The translations under genes were made by a program, and so were the position numbers. This document shows positions 10,622 to 19,570 of a stretch of 51,435 nucleotides of DNA, in pieces. Location: positions 1-51,435 of the forward strand of contig JAFGPI010000053.1 in the NCBI GenBank assembly GCA_016926065.1, read 5' to 3'. Source of the DNA: Candidatus Krumholzibacteriota bacterium. Its GTDB lineage: Bacteria > Krumholzibacteriota > Krumholzibacteriia > Krumholzibacteriales > Krumholzibacteriaceae. Numbering within the stretch: the first letter of the stretch is position 1; each line of letters opens with the position of its first letter. The notes below the pieces were generated by a model, which ran no database searches, had not been told where the DNA came from, and saw nothing but the letters and a program-made list of their open reading frames with translations.

Positions 10622-11295
10622 ATACTTTCATCCCCCGTCCGTGCCTGTTGCTCCCTCAATTTCTCGATATAGTGCTGGGCCAACTCGCGGATATATTTAT
10701 TGTCCGAGTTCTCCGCCAGCTCGCTCCACAGGATGATACTGGATTCAATATTACCGCCCTTAGCGGCGGCATCGGCCGCGAAACGAGCCGCCCGTTCATC
10801 CGCTCCCGGCAGCTTCGATGCCAATCTGAAATATCGTTCCGCCGCGGCGTAATCCCTTCCTTCCAGGTAATGAAGAAATCCCATCTCGTATAGCAGCCAG
10901 AAATCATCCGGGTTGTTCCGGATCCCCTTTTCCATCAATTTTACGCCCTCCGGATAGTTATCCAGGTCTTCGGTTATCACCAGGGCGCTCAACTTATAGG
11001 CCGAAACGAATTGGGGATCCAGATCGGTAATCACGTTTGCCAGGTGGGAGAACAACCGGATATCGTTCTGCTTCAGCCGGTAACCTCCATAGTATTGTAT
11101 GGCCCTGAACCAGAGGAGGTCGGAGGCTAGATTCCGGTATCCCAGCGAAGAGAGGCGCATGAATTCGCTGGAAGGCAGGTACAACACTTCGATATCTATT
11201 TTCTCCTCCGCTATCCCTTCCACGCTGCGGGCCGATTGCACTAAAAAAAACAGCAGCAGAAACGAGACGGCAAGATGGATTATTTTATTCAACAT
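10618..11295 (-). CDS. Membrane-anchored or secreted TPR-like protein of unknown function
   Basis: The tracked ORF (to 11631) overlaps the permease gene. The internal ATG at 11295 gives MLNKIIHLAVSFLLLFFLVQSARS (signal or anchor) followed by helical TPR-like repeats. A 4-nt overlap links it to pilD. Confidence 0.5.
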   Translation of the reverse strand: MLNKIIHLAVSFLLLFFLVQSARSVEGIAEEKIDIEVLYLPSSEFMRLSSLGYRNLASDLLWFRAIQYYGGYRLKQNDIRLFSHLANVITDLDPQFVSAYKLSALVITEDLDNYPEGVKLMEKGIRNNPDDFWLLYEMGFLHYLEGRDYAAAERYFRLASKLPGADERAARFAADAAAKGGNIESSIILWSELAENSDNKYIRELAQHYIEKLREQQARTGDESI

Positions 11296-11306
11296 AAAAG
11301 CTAACC

Positions 11307-12077
11307 TCAGGAGAATTCTCTTTTTCTGAAAACCATGTACGCGAAATATAAAATCACCCCGGTGTACACCAAGGCGTAGAGCGTTGCCGTCCCCAAGTCC
11401 GCGGAGCTGAAGCGCAGCTGGTGGACGGCCTCGTGGCGCAGGTTGAACACCTTTAGATTGGGCAGCAAGTAATACAGTACGTCCATCACGTACTTCATCA
11501 AAGCCCCTCCGAATCTGCTGGCAAACGCCCGCAGGTCCCCGCTTAGACTTCCCGCGATAAATAGGCACAAGGAGAAGAAGGAAGTCAGCACGGGAGTGGT
11601 GAAGGTGCTGAAGAAGATTACTATGGCGCACAATACCATGGTTTCCAATCCGGAAAGATAAATGGCCAGCAGCACCGCGGGAGTGATATGTCCCTGCCCC
11701 AACTCGATCATAACGGCCAAAATGCCGGTCATCAAAATCATCATAAGAAAAAGCGCGGCCGTTATCCCGGCGTACTTGCCGATCAAATATCCATGCCGGG
11801 AGACCGGCCGGGAAAGGACCATTAAGATAGCCTTCTTGTCCACTTCCTTGTATACCAGGGTACTTCCCACCATAATGGCGGTCAACACCCCCAGCAGGGA
11901 TATACAGGCCAGCCCCACGTCCGTAATGACTTTATTTCTCGCCGTGCCCACCGATAGGGGAGACAACACGTAGGTGCTCAGCAATAGGATGCCGGTGAAT
12001 ATAAGAACGATAAAGAGCAATTTTTCTCGCAGGGCCTCCCGGAATGTGTTCAGGGCTATACTGAATATTTTTCTCAC
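11307..12077 (-). CDS. ABC-2 type transporter permease
   Basis: 256 aa with about six hydrophobic helices. It overlaps the upstream ATPase gene by 4 nt. Confidence 0.7.
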   Translation of the reverse strand: MRKIFSIALNTFREALREKLLFIVLIFTGILLLSTYVLSPLSVGTARNKVITDVGLACISLLGVLTAIMVGSTLVYKEVDKKAILMVLSRPVSRHGYLIGKYAGITAALFLMMILMTGILAVMIELGQGHITPAVLLAIYLSGLETMVLCAIVIFFSTFTTPVLTSFFSLCLFIAGSLSGDLRAFASRFGGALMKYVMDVLYYLLPNLKVFNLRHEAVHQLRFSSADLGTATLYALVYTGVILYFAYMVFRKREFS

Positions 12078-13138
12078 GATTTTCCCCTCCCGCTGCCCGA
12101 GAATTCCTTCTCCTCCACTCTCCGGGAATCCTCACCCTCTCCACCGGTTCCCGAAATCTCGTTCATGAAGATATCCTCCAGGGAAGGATGTTGATTAACC
12201 ACCCTCAGTATTTCACCTCCGGAATTATATATATGCTGCACCACCGCCCGGACGTATTCCTGTTTACTCACGGATAAGAAAAATTCCTCACCGTTCATTT
12301 CAACCTTGTCGATCAGATCGCGCATCATTTCGAAAATTTCCTTTTCAAAGCCCCGGGCCACCACTTCCACTTTTCCTTCTCCCAAACGGAAAATTTCATC
12401 CAAACCGATATTCTTTACCACCTTGCCGGAACGAATGAGACAGGCCCGGTTACAGAGGGCTTCCATGTCCGGTAATATATGAGAGGAGAAAAAAATGGTT
12501 TTTCCCCGGCGCCGCAGACCGAGCAGAATATCGCGGATGATCTTCCGGCCCAGGGGGTCCAACCCGGAAAAGGGTTCATCCAGGATCAGCAGATCGGGAT
12601 CATGTAGGATAGCCTGGGCCAGTCCCGCTCGCTGCAGCATGCCCTTGGAAAAGCTCTTCAACCGCTGTTTATGAGAAGCCTCCAGATCCACCAAGGAGAT
12701 CGTAGCGGCGACCTTTCGATCCAACACTTTCCCCCGCATACCGCTCAAGTTACCGCAAAAGGTCAGGAATTCCCGCAGATTAAGGTGAGGATAAAAATAG
12801 GGATTCTCCGGAAGATATCCGATCCTGGCCTTTAGGGATCGTTCCCTGGAGGATCTTCCGAATATGGATACCGTTCCCTCATCCGGACGCATCAATCCCA
12901 GTATGATTTTGATGGTGGTTGTTTTTCCGGCTCCGTTGGGACCCAGAAATCCCAGGATTTCCCCTTTCCGGGCGAAAAACGACACTCCATGCAGTATCTC
13001 CTTACGCTCAAAGGAGATATCGTTTTTGAACGATTTTTTGATTCCTTCGATCCGTAGAATATCCATAAGTTCTTTTCCCGTCATCCGTAAAACACGGAAT
13101 AGGTCCTCAGCCGGGACAGGTGCCCGATATTTTGCCAC
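12074..13138 (-). CDS. ABC transporter ATP-binding protein
   Basis: Walker A GPNGAGKTT, signature-like FSKGMLQR, Walker B LLILDEPFSGLD and H-loop SSHIL, plus a ~100-aa C-terminal extension. The tracked start is a GTG, so the true start is uncertain. Confidence 0.9.
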   Translation of the reverse strand: MAKYRAPVPAEDLFRVLRMTGKELMDILRIEGIKKSFKNDISFERKEILHGVSFFARKGEILGFLGPNGAGKTTTIKIILGLMRPDEGTVSIFGRSSRERSLKARIGYLPENPYFYPHLNLREFLTFCGNLSGMRGKVLDRKVAATISLVDLEASHKQRLKSFSKGMLQRAGLAQAILHDPDLLILDEPFSGLDPLGRKIIRDILLGLRRRGKTIFFSSHILPDMEALCNRACLIRSGKVVKNIGLDEIFRLGEGKVEVVARGFEKEIFEMMRDLIDKVEMNGEEFFLSVSKQEYVRAVVQHIYNSGGEILRVVNQHPSLEDIFMNEISGTGGEGEDSRRVEEKEFSGSGRGKS

Positions 13139-13194
13139 GCCCTGGACAATATTTTCTTAACCATCAAGCATATTACGCACCATTTGTGCAGATA

Positions 13195-13210
13195 TGCGAA
13201 AATCATGCCT
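13195..13210 (-). promoter_or_regulatory. Weaker sigma54-like promoter upstream of the ABC transporter genes
   Basis: The minus strand reads AGGCATGATTTTCGCA, with GG and GC at the correct -24/-12 spacing. It lies 57-72 nt upstream of the tracked start and departs from consensus at 3 positions. Confidence 0.4.
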
Positions 13211-13279
13211 TGCCCAGGGAAACTGTACGGGGGCGTGGAATCTCGTATTAAAGGACCGGTCCGGTTCGAGTAGGGAAAT

Positions 13280-13312
13280 AAAAAAAAAGGGACGGCCCGC
13301 GTGAGCCGTCCC
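13280..13312 (-). terminator. Intrinsic terminator after pilA
   Basis: Minus-strand RNA: GGGACGGC-ucacgcgg-GCCGUCCC followed by U9. It lies 24 nt downstream of the pilA stop. Confidence 0.9.
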
Positions 13313-13335
13313 TGGAGTAAACTGTTTATTGACCT

Positions 13336-13764
13336 TTACTGTCCGCTGGTCAAAGTGATTACAATCGTACCGTCTTCTTTTCCACAACCGGTAATCGTGT
13401 AACCCACGTTAGCGCCACCCTGCTGTACCACCACATAACCGGTCTGTCCCGAAGTGGCGGCAGCGCCGTCCTGAGGCTCGTTGGCGGCGGTGAAAGGATT
13501 GGCCAGAGATACACCACCGGGGAGCATATCGATAATGGTATCTCCGCCCGGCGTTGTAGCCGCGAGGTTGCCGGCATATACACCATCACTCTGGACCGAA
13601 AAATCCTCGGCCGCGAGCTGAACGGTGTGACAGTTTGATTTTACAGAAGCTTCCTTAGCTCTGGACTGCATGTTAATAAAGTTCGGTATCGCGATGGCGG
13701 CGAGGATTCCGATGATGACGACAACGATCATCAACTCAATGAGGGTAAAACCCTTGTTATTCAT
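13336..13764 (-). CDS. pilA: Type IV major pilin
   Basis: MNNKG/FTLIELMIVVVIIGILAAIAIPNF is the class III signal peptide, with Gly-1, Phe+1 and Glu+5. 142 aa, with two Cys for a C-terminal disulfide loop. Confidence 0.93.
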   Translation of the reverse strand: MNNKGFTLIELMIVVVIIGILAAIAIPNFINMQSRAKEASVKSNCHTVQLAAEDFSVQSDGVYAGNLAATTPGGDTIIDMLPGGVSLANPFTAANEPQDGAAATSGQTGYVVVQQGGANVGYTITGCGKEDGTIVITLTSGQ

Positions 13765-13824
13765 CTTGCACCTCCCTGGTACAATTTATCAAAGCTCGGG
13801 GGCTTTGATTTCCATTTGTCTGAC

Positions 13825-13842
13825 GGTTCAACTAGTTGAACC
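13825..13842. repeat. Perfect 18-bp palindrome in the pilA leader
   Basis: GGTTCAACTAGTTGAACC, located between the sigma54 promoter and the pilA start. Confidence 0.6.
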
Positions 13843-13895
13843 GCTTATCTCTCTTTTTCGCCGGTTCCGTGCAAACCGGGTCCAGCATATTGGTT

Positions 13896-13911
13896 TGCAT
13901 GGATTATGCCA
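13896..13911 (-). promoter_or_regulatory. sigma54 (-24/-12) promoter of pilA
   Basis: The minus strand reads TGGCATAATCCATGCA, with correct GG/GC spacing. It lies 132-147 nt upstream of the pilA ATG and directly downstream of the sigma54 activator gene pilR. Confidence 0.7.
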
Positions 13912-14041
13912 ACCTCCCACTTCCTCACCGCATATCTAACCGGTTTATATTCAACGGTTTATTTGGCCCCCTTCCTGGATTTCCGCGCGGCGGAATTGTT
14001 TTATGCTCCTTCACTCTCTAATTGCAATACTCGTTTAATAA

Positions 14042-15418
14042 TCAACTCTGCCCCACTTTTTCCCGCTCCAGCCCGTAGCGCTGAATCTTCCGGTAGAGAG
14101 TGGAGGCGTTGATACCCAAAATGGAACTGGCCTTCTTCTTTTGCCAGTTGGTGTCTTCCAGAACCGAGATAAGATATTCCTTCTCCAGCTCTTCCAACGT
14201 CATCTGGGCCTTATCCATGACCAGCTTCCGTCTCTGCTGGGAATGCAGCTTTATCTTGTCCGGAAGATCATCGCTGCTTATCTGATCGCCTTCCTGTAAG
14301 ATAACGGCTCGTTCCATGATATTCTCCAGCTCCCGCACGTTGCCCGGCCAGTCATAATTCACCAGCAGCTCCAAGGCCTCGGAGGATATCAATTTCGTTT
14401 TTTTCGTCTTTTTGGAAGTCAGGTGGAGAAAATGGTCCACCAGCAGGGGAATATCTTCCCGCCGGTCACGCAAGGGCGGGATCAATATCGGAATCACGTT
14501 CAACCGGTAATAAAGATCGGCCCGGAATTGCTCGGCCTGAACGGCTTTCTCCAGATCCGCGTTGGTAGCGGCTATCAGCCGGGCGTTGACCTTGATCGGT
14601 TTTGTCCCCCCCACCGGAATGATTTCCCTCTCCTGTAGCACCCGCAAAAGCTTGACCTGAATGGCCGGGGTGGTTTCCCCCACTTCATCGAGAAAGAAGG
14701 TTCCGCCGCTGGCTACCTTGAAGAGACCATCCTTATCCTTTATAGCCCCGGTGAAGCTTCCCTTGACATGACCGAACAGCTCGCTCTCCAGCAGGTTTTC
14801 CGGAAGGGCGCCGCAATTGATCGACACGAACGGCTGATTGGCCCGGCCGCTCCGGTAGTGTATGGACCGGGCCACCAGTTCCTTACCGGTCCCGCTCTCG
14901 CCGCATACCAGGATAGTGCTGTCGGTATCGGCCACTTTATCCACCAGGTGGAATACCTTATGGATGGCTTCACTCTTACCGATTACTTCCTTGTAGCTAT
15001 CCTTTTTCTTCAACTGCTTTTTTAAAAAGACATTTTCATTTTTGACCCGGTGTATATCCAGGGCGTTACGTACCACCATCTTGATCTCTTCATTCTTGGC
15101 CGCCCTTTTTATCAAATAATAAAAGGCGCCCTTGTTAAGAGCCGTGATGGCCGTTTTCTGGGAAGCGTAAGCGGTCATGATAATCACCGGGAGCGTACTA
15201 TCAATCTCTTTGGCCGCCGAGAGCACTTCGATACCGTCCACTCCCTCCATTCTGATGTCGGTGATCACTACATCATAGTTGGAGCTTTTGATCTCTTGCA
15301 CGGCCTTCTTTCCATCGGTGACGGTCTTTACCTGGTACCCTTCCTTCTTGAGCATTATGGACAGGTACTGGCACATGCTTTTCTCATCGTCCACGATAAG
15401 AATCTTTTCGCCTGCCAT
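14042..15418 (-). CDS. pilR: sigma54-dependent response regulator (NtrC family, PilR-like)
   Basis: REC domain (KILIVDDEKS...VITDIRM), AAA+ domain with GESGTGKE and the GAFTGA variant GSFTGA, and a C-terminal Fis-type HTH. I chose the ATG at 15418 (MAGEKILIVDD); the tracked ORF extends to 15457. Confidence 0.85.
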   Translation of the reverse strand: MAGEKILIVDDEKSMCQYLSIMLKKEGYQVKTVTDGKKAVQEIKSSNYDVVITDIRMEGVDGIEVLSAAKEIDSTLPVIIMTAYASQKTAITALNKGAFYYLIKRAAKNEEIKMVVRNALDIHRVKNENVFLKKQLKKKDSYKEVIGKSEAIHKVFHLVDKVADTDSTILVCGESGTGKELVARSIHYRSGRANQPFVSINCGALPENLLESELFGHVKGSFTGAIKDKDGLFKVASGGTFFLDEVGETTPAIQVKLLRVLQEREIIPVGGTKPIKVNARLIAATNADLEKAVQAEQFRADLYYRLNVIPILIPPLRDRREDIPLLVDHFLHLTSKKTKKTKLISSEALELLVNYDWPGNVRELENIMERAVILQEGDQISSDDLPDKIKLHSQQRRKLVMDKAQMTLEELEKEYLISVLEDTNWQKKKASSILGINASTLYRKIQRYGLEREKVGQS

Positions 15419-15444
15419 TAAATATGACCCCCCAGGTTGAACAC

Positions 15445-17187
15445 CTAGACATTGCAATAATCTTCTTCAAATATTTCTTTATCCCTATTCCTTGCTCCCA
15501 CCCGCACCGGAAGAATTATGGTGAAAACGGTTTCCCCCCCTTCCCCGCTGCAGACCTTAATCACTCCGCCATGCCCTTCCACTATGCGGGAGGCGATCGC
15601 CAGTCCCAGGCCGGTACCGCCCGGCTTGGTGGTATAGAAAGGTTCAAAAACATGGGGAAGCACATCTTCCGGGATTGCCGGACCGTCGTTGCGGAATTCA
15701 ACTTGCACGCATTCTTCCGGCTCTTCATTCTCCGCCATCCGGGCGGTTACTTTCTTGACACTTATGGAAAGGTGACCGCTCTTTTTAATGGCTTCACAGG
15801 CGTTTATTCCCAGATTGAGAAACACCTGCCGGATCTGCTCGTCGTCCGCCTCAATCCTCACACCCTGGGTTTCGCCCTCAAATTGAATGGATGTCTCGCG
15901 GTCCAATCCCGGGGTATTTTGGAGCAGAAGGCCGATCTCGCTGAGACAGTTTTCAATATCCAGGGAGCTAAAGGATGGCTTTCTCATCCTGGCGAATTCC
16001 AGGAAATCCGATATTATGCGGTCAAGACGGTCGGACTCCCGGATAATAAGATCCATCAACCTTCTATTATCCCCGCTTAGCTCCAGTTCACCCTTCAGCA
16101 TCTCTATCGACCCGCAGATCGACGCCAGCGGTGCGCGGACTTCATGCGCTATGGCCGCGGACATCTCACCCACGGCGGCCATCTTGTCCGCTTGCCTGAC
16201 CCTGTCCCGCATCCTCTGCACCTCGGTCAGATCCTGGAATATGGCGATAACGCCTTTCTTTTCTTTCAATTCATCGCGTAGCAGCGATATGCTTATTCCC
16301 AGGGGGACGACGGTGCCGTCCGTTTTCTTCACCTCGATTTCGTGCCGCTGCCGTTGTATGCCGCTGAGCATAACCAGGGATAATTCCTCTATTATCGCCG
16401 TCAGGTGGGGAACGGCCTCCTGCAACGTTCGGCCCTGGAGGTCCTCGTTATCCTCTATTCCCAGGATGGAAACGGCGGCGGGATTAAAAGTAAGTATGGT
16501 CCCGGTCATGTCGGTGACCACCAATCCGCTGCTCATATTCATCAGGATACTTTCGGTGCTGAGCTGCATGTGCAGGATTTCTTTTTCCCTGTCGGCCAAC
16601 TCCCGGCCCCGGTTCTTCATGTGCTGGGACACGTATCCGCTTAATAAGCCTACAAATATGAAGGTTACCATGTGCAGATACGCCCTCAGTATAAGCTTGT
16701 AAATACCGGCATCCGCGGTCCCCATCATCCAGCCGCCGGCCGGTGACCGGAGATAACCACCCAGCTCCAGCAGACTGTAAATTATGTAAACCGACGCCAC
16801 GCAGATAGCGGTAGTCAAGCCTCCGGCAATCTGGAAATATTCGCCGCCGGTGATTATGGGAAGGATGAAAAGGATGGTGAAGTAGGAATTCGATCCCCCT
16901 CCGTAATGCGCCATCAGGGTGAGAACGGCAATATCCACTCCGATCAGGAGACGGATCAGAACCGGGAAGGGAATCCCTCCCCTATAGGCCAGATAAACCG
17001 ATCCGCTGCTAAGGTAGATAACCCCCAGCAAACTGTAAAGAGCGACGATAGACACCGCGTTGCCATCGAAATTGAACATGGTGATGGCCGCGCCTATGAT
17101 CAGCGTCGATACCACAATCCTTATGAACGCAAGTTTTCTCAATGTTTCCTCTCCGTTTAGAGGAAAAGCACGCGGAAGAAAACTCAT
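15445..17187 (-). CDS. pilS: Sensor histidine kinase (PilS-like)
   Basis: Polytopic N-terminal membrane domain, PAS-like segment, H-box AAIAHEVRAPLASI and HATPase_c G-boxes (TKPGGTGLGLAI). It lies between pilC and pilR. Confidence 0.75.
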   Translation of the reverse strand: MSFLPRAFPLNGEETLRKLAFIRIVVSTLIIGAAITMFNFDGNAVSIVALYSLLGVIYLSSGSVYLAYRGGIPFPVLIRLLIGVDIAVLTLMAHYGGGSNSYFTILFILPIITGGEYFQIAGGLTTAICVASVYIIYSLLELGGYLRSPAGGWMMGTADAGIYKLILRAYLHMVTFIFVGLLSGYVSQHMKNRGRELADREKEILHMQLSTESILMNMSSGLVVTDMTGTILTFNPAAVSILGIEDNEDLQGRTLQEAVPHLTAIIEELSLVMLSGIQRQRHEIEVKKTDGTVVPLGISISLLRDELKEKKGVIAIFQDLTEVQRMRDRVRQADKMAAVGEMSAAIAHEVRAPLASICGSIEMLKGELELSGDNRRLMDLIIRESDRLDRIISDFLEFARMRKPSFSSLDIENCLSEIGLLLQNTPGLDRETSIQFEGETQGVRIEADDEQIRQVFLNLGINACEAIKKSGHLSISVKKVTARMAENEEPEECVQVEFRNDGPAIPEDVLPHVFEPFYTTKPGGTGLGLAIASRIVEGHGGVIKVCSGEGGETVFTIILPVRVGARNRDKEIFEEDYCNV

Positions 17188-17210
17188 TCCAACCGATCCT
17201 CCGTTTTTCC

Positions 17211-18419
17211 CTACCCGGCTACAATGGTTACCAGCTTGAACATCGGCAGATACATGGCCACCAACATTCCGCCCACTACCGCTCCCATCACCACGATCAT
17301 AATAGGCTCGATGGCCGCGGTCATGGCGTCCACCGCCGTATCGACTTCATCATCATAGAAGTCAGCGACCTTATCGAGCATTTCGTCCAGGGCCCCGGTC
17401 TGTTCCCCCACTCCGATCATCTGCACCACCATGGGGGGAAAAACACCGCTGTTCTTAAGGGGATCGGCGATGGTGTTTCCCTCGCTGATACTCTGCCTGG
17501 TTGCCATGACGGCATTTTCAATAACCTTGTTGCCGGAGGTGCGGGCGGTGATTTCCAGACCGTTAAGAATGGGGACTCCGCTGGAGATCAAGGTTCCCAA
17601 GGTCCTGGTAAACCTGGCCACGGCTCCCTTTTTCACCACCATGCCCAGTATCGGTATGCGGAGCATTAACTTGTCTATGCGCAGACGGCCGGCTTCGGTC
17701 TTATAGTACCTTCTCAAGGCGATAAACGCGCCCACGTGCACGACCAGCAGAATATGCCAGTTTGCCCTGAGGAAGTTGCTTAGTCCCATCACTATCTGAG
17801 TGGGAAGAGGAAGATCTCCCCCAAAATCGCTGAACATCTTGGCAAAGGTAGGAATGATAAACATGAGCATGAATACGGTCGCTCCCATGGCCACCACGAA
17901 CACGATAGTGGGATAGGTGAGCGCCCCCTTAACCTTTCTGCGGAGGGCGTCGGCTTTCTCCAGGTATACCGCCAAGCGATTAAGAATCACGTCCAGGATT
18001 CCACCGGCTTCTCCGGCCTCGATCATATTGACGAATAGATCTCCGAAACATTTATGCTTCCTCAATGCTTCGGCCAGGGTCGATCCTGATTCGACGTCGC
18101 TCATCACCTCGGTTACAATCTGCTTAAAATTGGGTTTCTCCAGCTGGCTGGCCAGAATATCCAGGCATTGAACCATGGGAAGACCGGCGTTGATCATGGT
18201 CGCGAACTGGCGGGTGAATATACCCATGTCCTTTACGGTGATTTTATTTCTCAATCCGAAGTTTAATCTTATGTCCTTCGGTTTATGCCTGATGTGGGTG
18301 ATAATGATCTTGCGCTTGCGCAGATGATTGATCAGCTCCGTTTTGCTTTCCGCGACATATTCTCCGGAGAGAACCTCACCCGTGGGTGTTCTGCCCTTCC
18401 ATATGAAAGTAGTTGACAT
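17211..18419 (-). CDS. pilC: Type IV pilus platform protein PilC (GspF family)
   Basis: 402 aa with a duplicated GspF-type cytoplasmic domain plus 3 TM helices. Synteny after pilT. Confidence 0.93.
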   Translation of the reverse strand: MSTTFIWKGRTPTGEVLSGEYVAESKTELINHLRKRKIIITHIRHKPKDIRLNFGLRNKITVKDMGIFTRQFATMINAGLPMVQCLDILASQLEKPNFKQIVTEVMSDVESGSTLAEALRKHKCFGDLFVNMIEAGEAGGILDVILNRLAVYLEKADALRRKVKGALTYPTIVFVVAMGATVFMLMFIIPTFAKMFSDFGGDLPLPTQIVMGLSNFLRANWHILLVVHVGAFIALRRYYKTEAGRLRIDKLMLRIPILGMVVKKGAVARFTRTLGTLISSGVPILNGLEITARTSGNKVIENAVMATRQSISEGNTIADPLKNSGVFPPMVVQMIGVGEQTGALDEMLDKVADFYDDEVDTAVDAMTAAIEPIMIVVMGAVVGGMLVAMYLPMFKLVTIVAG

Positions 18420-18437
18420 TGATATCCCTCCTGATTT

Positions 18438-19529
18438 TTACCTTCCATACTGAAAATCGTGGGACCCGGTTCGTTCCCCCATCATCTGCTCCAATTCAAT
18501 CGGGTCCGGGCTTCTTCTCAGCGCTTCATCGAAAGATATTTTCCGATCGCAGTAAGCTTTGAAGAGAGCCTGATTCATGGTCTGCATTCCGTATTTATGC
18601 CCGGCCTGCATCAATCCGTATATCTGATGTATCTTATCGTCCCGGATGGTGGCCCGGATGGCGGGGGTGCAAATCATCACTTCTGGCACCAACACTCTAC
18701 CCCGGCCCGAAATATGGGGAATGAGCTGCTGGGTCAACACGCCCTCCAGCACGAAGGCCAATTGAGCGCGCACCTGGCCCTGCTGGTTGGGGGGGAAATT
18801 ATCCACAATCCGGTTAATGGACTCGAACGTTGAATTGGTGTGCAGGGTCGCCAAAGCCAGGTGTCCTGTCTCAGCAATGGTTAATGCCGCCTGCATCGTT
18901 TCCAGATCCCTCATCTCTCCTATCAGAATGATGTCCGGATCCTGACGCAGAACATGCTTCAGGGCCGTGGCGAAGGTTTCCGTATCGGCCCTCACCTCTC
19001 TCTGGTTTACGATACATTTATTATGCTGATGTATGTATTCTATGGGATCCTCGATGGTGATCACGTGTGATTGCCGTTCGGCGTTTATCTTATTGATAAG
19101 GCTGGCCAGGGTGGTCGATTTCCCGCTTCCGGTGGGGCCGGTAACCAGGATTAAGCCTTTCTGCTTCTCGGCGAAAGTTTTCACCACCGGGGGAAGCCCG
19201 AGCTGATCGAAATCCAGGATCTCGAAGGGAATCTGCCGGATGGCCACGCTGGTGACCCCCCGCTGCTGAAACACGTTGGCCCGGAAACGGGAAAGACCCT
19301 GCACCCCGAACGAAAAATCGAGCTCTTTCTCATTCTCAAAACGTTTCTGCTGCTCTTCGGTTAGCACGCTATAGGCAACTTGCTTGCTGACCTCGGGAGT
19401 GGTTACCGGATGATTGGTTTTATGAATCACTCCATCGATGCGCAGCATGGGCGGAATACCGGCAGTGATATGCAGATCACTGGCTTTTTTGTCGATCATC
19501 TCCTGCAATAGATCTCTGAGGTTAAGCAT
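18438..19529 (-). CDS. pilT: Retraction ATPase PilT
   Basis: 363 aa. ASDLHITAGIPPMLRIDG, Walker A GPTGSGKST, Asp box and His box (LATLHTNS), and an AIRATIRDDKIHQI C-terminal motif. Confidence 0.93.
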   Translation of the reverse strand: MLNLRDLLQEMIDKKASDLHITAGIPPMLRIDGVIHKTNHPVTTPEVSKQVAYSVLTEEQQKRFENEKELDFSFGVQGLSRFRANVFQQRGVTSVAIRQIPFEILDFDQLGLPPVVKTFAEKQKGLILVTGPTGSGKSTTLASLINKINAERQSHVITIEDPIEYIHQHNKCIVNQREVRADTETFATALKHVLRQDPDIILIGEMRDLETMQAALTIAETGHLALATLHTNSTFESINRIVDNFPPNQQGQVRAQLAFVLEGVLTQQLIPHISGRGRVLVPEVMICTPAIRATIRDDKIHQIYGLMQAGHKYGMQTMNQALFKAYCDRKISFDEALRRSPDPIELEQMMGERTGSHDFQYGR

Positions 19530-19570
19530 ATATCTCTAGTCTCCCCCTGTTCCGGTAAGCCTGGTCAGCA

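Noticed and set aside
11296-11631. N-terminal 112-codon extension of the TPR-like ORF (tracked as 10618-11631).
   Set aside because: It overlaps the 3' part of the ABC permease gene in another frame and is R/G/L-rich. An internal ATG at 11295 gives a clean signal peptide.
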